In this document: positions 58,509 to 64,000 of the stretch, piece by piece
Layout: each line of letters opens with the position of its first letter
Numbering within the stretch: position 1 is the stretch's first letter
Notes under the pieces: generated by a model
The model's database searches: none
What the model saw: only the letters and a program-made list of their open reading frames with translations
Told to the model about the DNA's origin: nothing
Made by a program: the position numbers and the translations under genes
Source: Eledone cirrhosa
Taxonomy: Eukaryota
DNA: 64,000 nucleotides
Direction of reading: 5' to 3'
Assembly: GCA_964016885.1 (NCBI GenBank)
Contig: OZ024743.1
Location: forward strand, 346,146,001-346,210,000

Positions 58509-59828
58509 GATATTAAACAAATGGAAACTATATTTATATTTATAAAACCATATTTATTTCGTTATATATATTTCTGGGATATCATATTAAAAATATGTTA
58601 TGCCTTCCTCAGACAAAATACAATACATTATCTGTTTTATATATAATTAGTGACATACCTTGTGATAATGCAACTTCCTTTTAAAAAGTTGATTTGGTAG
58701 TGAAACTGTTATGATAGTTATATAGAAAGAAAACGAAGATGAGAAGAAGAAGATGAAGAGATATATGTAAATAAAAAATAAAAAAAATAAAAAGAAGAAG
58801 ATGAAGAGATGTATGCAAAGAAAAACAACGGAGCGAGATAGAGAGACAAGGAGAGAGAGAAATACATTCATGGTGAAAAAACATAGTAGGCTGCTTTTTG
58901 ACAGATGATCATCGTATATGTGAGAGGTTAAGGGAAGGGATACAGTTAAATTAGTGTATAGGAGAAAAAGAAAGAAAGATGATATATTTAAAATATATTA
59001 AAAATATATATTATGTCTCATCCATTTGAATTATCAATTTTTATGAAATAGGTATTATAATGTAAATATCAGTATTCATGAATGAGACACATATCCATAA
59101 TGTGTGAAAAAAATGACCACATGCTCAGTTAAAAATTCTTAGGTCTATAAGCAAAATCTGAGATAAAACTTCAAACATAAGTATATATGCATTCTCGTGA
59201 AAAAAGAAAAGAGAAGGTTATCTCAAATTCAAGTTGATAAATATAGACGCACATGTGAACCTACGTGATACGCTGCACTGATTCTTATATTTCATGAAAA
59301 ACTTCAATGCGTTAGAAAAGATTCCACCCTACATACATTTACATACATATATACATATATATAGACACAAAACATATAAGATATACATTAACATCTAAAA
59401 TAACATTCCAGCCTCACTTGCATGATCATCGATCAAGCATAGAGTAGACAACAGATATCAATATTAAAATTAAAAACGCCAAGACTATCTTCGTCACCCC
59501 ACAGAGTATCTAGGGACGCAAGAGAACATAGTATGCCACGCACATCGGTCATAGAATCAGAGTCAAAAGCAAACAAAACCAAAATTGCTCATCTAGCCTT
59601 AATCAGCAGAAATCATTCAAAACTTATTCTACAAATGCTCTTATATTTATTATAGAAGTTTATCCAGCTTAAAAATTTATTCAAAAGATTGGGGACAACG
59701 CCAATTATAGGGTAGTTTATTTAATCTCATTAATTATATATTCATGTAGAAAGGTTTTTAAAAAATTTAAGGAATCGAAAGATTTATCGCCAAGTATCAC
59801 AAATAGTCAAATACCTTAAGTAATTATA

Positions 59829-61860
59829 CTACATTTTAAATTTATATTTATATTTAAATGTTGAGTTCAATCTATGTCTGCAACAGCTGAATAAATTGGT
59901 TCGTAAATTAAGGGAATTTTTAGATTTTAATATAAAGAATATCTCCTCCGCGCATAGGTCACAAGTCTCAGAAGAGGAATTAAAAGGAATCCCTTTTGAG
60001 ACTATATTCCAAACCATCGAATATCCAACTTTATCATGCTTAAGTTGCCAGAGTAACCCTGACAGCGATGTTGAGGATTTTTTATTTGGATCCGTGAAAG
60101 AGTTTTTGTGATTATTATAGCGAAGTTTAAATTCTGTCGAGGTGGATCCAACATAATTAAAAGAATTTAAATCAGTTCTAACATTACAGTTGTATATTAT
60201 ATTTTTAACTAAGCAATTGTTATTTAGCGGACATTTAGATCTATCTCTACAGTTAGTTTTTTAGTTGAATATTGTTTAGGCTATTTTCGGTATTTTGGCT
60301 AGGTTTTAGATTCCTATTATTTATTCTATTAATATTTTGTGCTAAATTTTTGGTGTACGAGTACGTTAATTTTATAGTATGTCTATTAAAAATTGAGTGA
60401 TACTTATGTGTTCTAGGGAAGCGTTTGTCAAGAGCATTAAAAAATAGTTTAGCGATGTGGGTTTTAATGTTTAGTGAGAAAGGGGGGGGGGGGGGGGGGG
60501 GGGGCAAACCATATTATATTTCTAGTTCTATTTCTTTTCTGGTTTTTGAAATTATTGTAGTGCTTTCTATTATAGTTGTTAAAGTTGTTACTGTAATTAA
60601 AATTGTTGTTATTTTGGTTAGTTTGTCTACTATCGATGTACATAATTTTATCACTATATCCTGCTCTCGCTAAAGCTTCATTATAATACTGGGCTTTTTC
60701 GTCAAAAATATTTTTATTGGAAGAGATTCTAGAGATACGTTTTTGAACAGAGTTCACTATAGTATTTTTGACAGATCTGGAGTGATTGGAGCTAAAATTG
60801 ACATAATTCAAGTTTTCATTTAACTTGTGAAATGGATAGTGAAGACATGTGTTGAGATTAAATGTTACGTCTAGGAAATTGACTATTCTATGGTTATTCT
60901 CAATTTCTATTTTTAGATGAAGGTAATTAAAAAATTGTATAATTTGTTTTCTTTTCTTATTTAGTTCAGAGTTATTATTTTCAATAAGTAAAAGCATGTC
61001 ATCTCTATATAAACCTCCGGTAACACCGGGTATTTTCCTCAGTTACCTGAGCTGAGTCTGATGATCCCATAGTAATGTCAAAATTATTATCTCTATCTGC
61101 CCTAGTCCATAGTTGGTTATTAAATTCTATCAAAGTTTTCCTTGCCGATAATATAATGTGCATTTCATTGCTAGTTAGGTCTGTATGCGTGAATGCGTAA
61201 TTTAGTGCCTTATTAAGTAGATTAGGGGTAATGGATGAATAGTAGTTAGCAATATCTAGTTGAATAAATTTATTATTATTGTTATATTTAATTTCATTAA
61301 ACCACTCAATGACCTCCCCAGTTCCCTTCCACAAGGTCAAGCCAGGTAAACAATTCAAGTCTTTAATTTGCTGTATCACTCTGTCTAGAATGTTCTTGCT
61401 AAGTTTACCCAGGTCAGATTTTGATGGTGCAATCAACCTGACTGGCAAGTCATTTTCAAAATTTCTCTTGTGATCTTTCATATTGATCTTGGGTTTCCTA
61501 GGCACGAAAGGTTGTGTTTTGTTCTCAATTTCCAACTCATGCATTATACATGATGCCTCAAGATTCATTTTCTCAAGTTCAGCTTTATCTGCTACCTTGT
61601 ACTTTTTCCTTAGTTCTTTCAGTATGAGGCCATTATACATGTATTTTTCCACTCCATAGAGGTTGTTGGTTTTGTCCGATTTCACCAAGATCTTCTCTGT
61701 TCTCTCTAAGATCGCAATATTATCCTTAATGCTTTTCAGATATTCCTGGCCATTGAAGTTTCTCTTGAATCTGACTCCTTGTATGATAGAAATTATATCG
61801 TTTTCAAAATCATTCAAAAGTTTGTTGGGGGTGGATTTTTTTTAGATTTGTTTTGCATAT
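59829..61860 (-). pseudogene. PLE RT/GIY-YIG pseudogene
   Basis: ORFs 61005..61817, 60464..60997, 60253..60507 and 59829..60017 are consecutive frameshifted pieces. Confidence 0.88.
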
Positions 61861-62376
61861 ATACTTATGTTTGAAGTTTTATCTCAGATTTTGCTTATAG
61901 ACCTAAGAATTTTTAACTGAGCATGTGGTCATTTTTTTCACACATTATGGATATGTGTCTCATTCATGAATACTGATATTTACATTATAATACCTAATTC
62001 ATAAAAATTGATAATTCAAATGGATGAGACATAATATATATTTTTAATATATTTTAAATATATCATCTTTCTTTCTTTTTCTCCTATACACTAATTTAAC
62101 TGTATCCCTTCCCTTAACCTCTCACATATACGATGATCATCTGTCAAAAAGCAGCCTACTATGTTTTTTCACCATCAATGTATTTCTCTCTCTCCTTGTC
62201 TCTCTATCTCGCTCCGTTGTTTTTCTTTGCATACATCTCTTCATCTTCTTCTTCTCATCTTCGTTTTCTTTCTATATAACTATCATAACAGTTTCACTAC
62301 CAAATCAACTTTTTAAAAGGAAGTTGCAATATCACAAGGTATGTCACTAATTATTTATAAAACAGCTTATGTATTG

Positions 62377-62442
62377 TATTTTGTCTGAGGAAGGCATAAC
62401 ATATTTTTAATATGATATCCCAGAAATATATATAACGAAATA
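62377..62442 (+). ncRNA. Hammerhead ribozyme (mirror copy at 58555-58620, minus)
   Basis: TATTTTGT-CTGAGGA-(stem II with CATATT/AATATG)-GAAA-T-ATAT-A-TA-ACGAAATA. Confidence 0.8.
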
Positions 62443-62576
62443 AATATGGTTTTATAAATATAAATATGGTTTCCATTTGTTTAATATCGTAAACCTACTC
62501 CAGAAACTGTTGAGTGCTTTTATATCAGTTATAAAATATTTACTCGTTGTAACCCAACAATCTTAAATAAAACTTT

Positions 62577-62629
<53 letters not shown>

Positions 62630-62683
62630 CTCTTTTACCTGTTTCAGACATCCGGCTGCGGCCATGCTGGGGCACCGCCCCTG

Positions 62684-62758
<75 letters not shown>

Positions 62759-63274
62759 GTATGTATGTACATATATATCTTTATATGTATGTACATATAT
62801 ATATGTATGTATGTATGTACATATATATATGTATCGTAATTTGTCGGAGACAGAAACTAATTTCCTATATATCACCCTTTTTATGGGCGATATGTTGTGT
62901 GATGTCTATAAATCATGATGGCAAAATAAAGAAATAAGTTTTTAACAGAATGGTCATATCGAAAAAAATCTTCCTCCAACGCATGTCAAGATACCAATGT
63001 TATTATTGACATCATTTCTTTTTATATTATTTTATTATAGCATTTATACTTTTATGCTGCATCTTGTTTGGGAATTCATCCAAGTAACGGAATTTGCTCT
63101 TATTTTTATAACATTTTATTGTTTTTTAAATTTGGTATTACTTATTTTTTTCTCACACAAAATGTAAACGGCTAATCCTTCGTTAGATAATACCCTTGGG
63201 ATCAATGGCATCGTCCCTTAAATACTCTATGATTTTGCATGAGGTTATCACAATATATATAGATATATATCACA

Positions 63275-63374
<100 letters not shown>

Positions 63375-64000
63375 ATATATATTTATATATTATTTTTATT
63401 ATTATTACTATATATATATATGTGTGTATATATATAACGTGTGTCTGTGAATCTGTGTTTCTGTGTGAGTCAGTGCCTGTAGGTGCGCGCATATGTTTGT
63501 GTTCGTAAATGCACGAACAGAACTGGTCAATTTTTTGGCAGATAGAGTAAACATAGTTATATATACATCAGAAGACGAGAGCATGTTGATATTCCAAATC
63601 TCTCCATCTCTTTCTCTCTCTTTCACCCTCTTTCTCCTCTCTTCTCCCTCTGTCTTTATATATATATATATAAGCATGTGTGTGATTTTGTAAACATATA
63701 TACATATATATATATAAATGTACTAGCCCATGGATATATATTTATATGTGGAAATATACAAAGTCACACACTTATATATAGATATGATGAAGCGATAATT
63801 GTGGTACGAATTTTATTCCTCAACTTTGTTGTGTGATATATTCTGCTTCGGGCTTTTCATCAATTGACAAATATATCTTGTCCTAAAACAAAGATATGGC
63901 TAGAAACATGTTGATACACTGATGTATATTTTTTGAGCTTTATTTGCTACTAAACGTTTTGTTGATTTTGTTGTTTTTATGGACCATTGTTGTAAAGTTA

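Overview
AT-rich, microsatellite-saturated animal genomic DNA. The SINE, RTE and (TA)n content suggests an octopus or other coleoid cephalopod (inferred). No host protein-coding gene can be supported, and almost all ORF-track entries are (TA)n/(TG)n artefacts. The window is dominated by Penelope-like elements (PLEs) with Naiad-like RT + C-terminal GIY-YIG ORFs. One copy has an intact ORF (51338-53779) inside a ~13.3-kb inverted/tandem structure, and three are truncated or decayed. About a dozen hammerhead ribozyme (HHR) motifs lie in PLE terminal repeats and in short non-coding elements: a 439-bp tandem retrozyme-like unit, a 522-bp permuted monomer and several 100-300-bp fold-back remnants. 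Most of these insertions sit in (TA)n and share one architecture, two opposed copies of the 3' end. One copy stops at a family-specific short site and the other at a long site, and the inversion point often falls in ribozyme stem II. Also present: a 5'-inverted RTE LINE, bipartite RTE-derived elements, Tx1 3' fragments, a hAT (Buster/Charlie) transposon with an 8-bp TSD, a hAT MITE, Helitron-like elements and tRNA-SINEs. All alignments and folds were done by eye, so boundaries are approximate.
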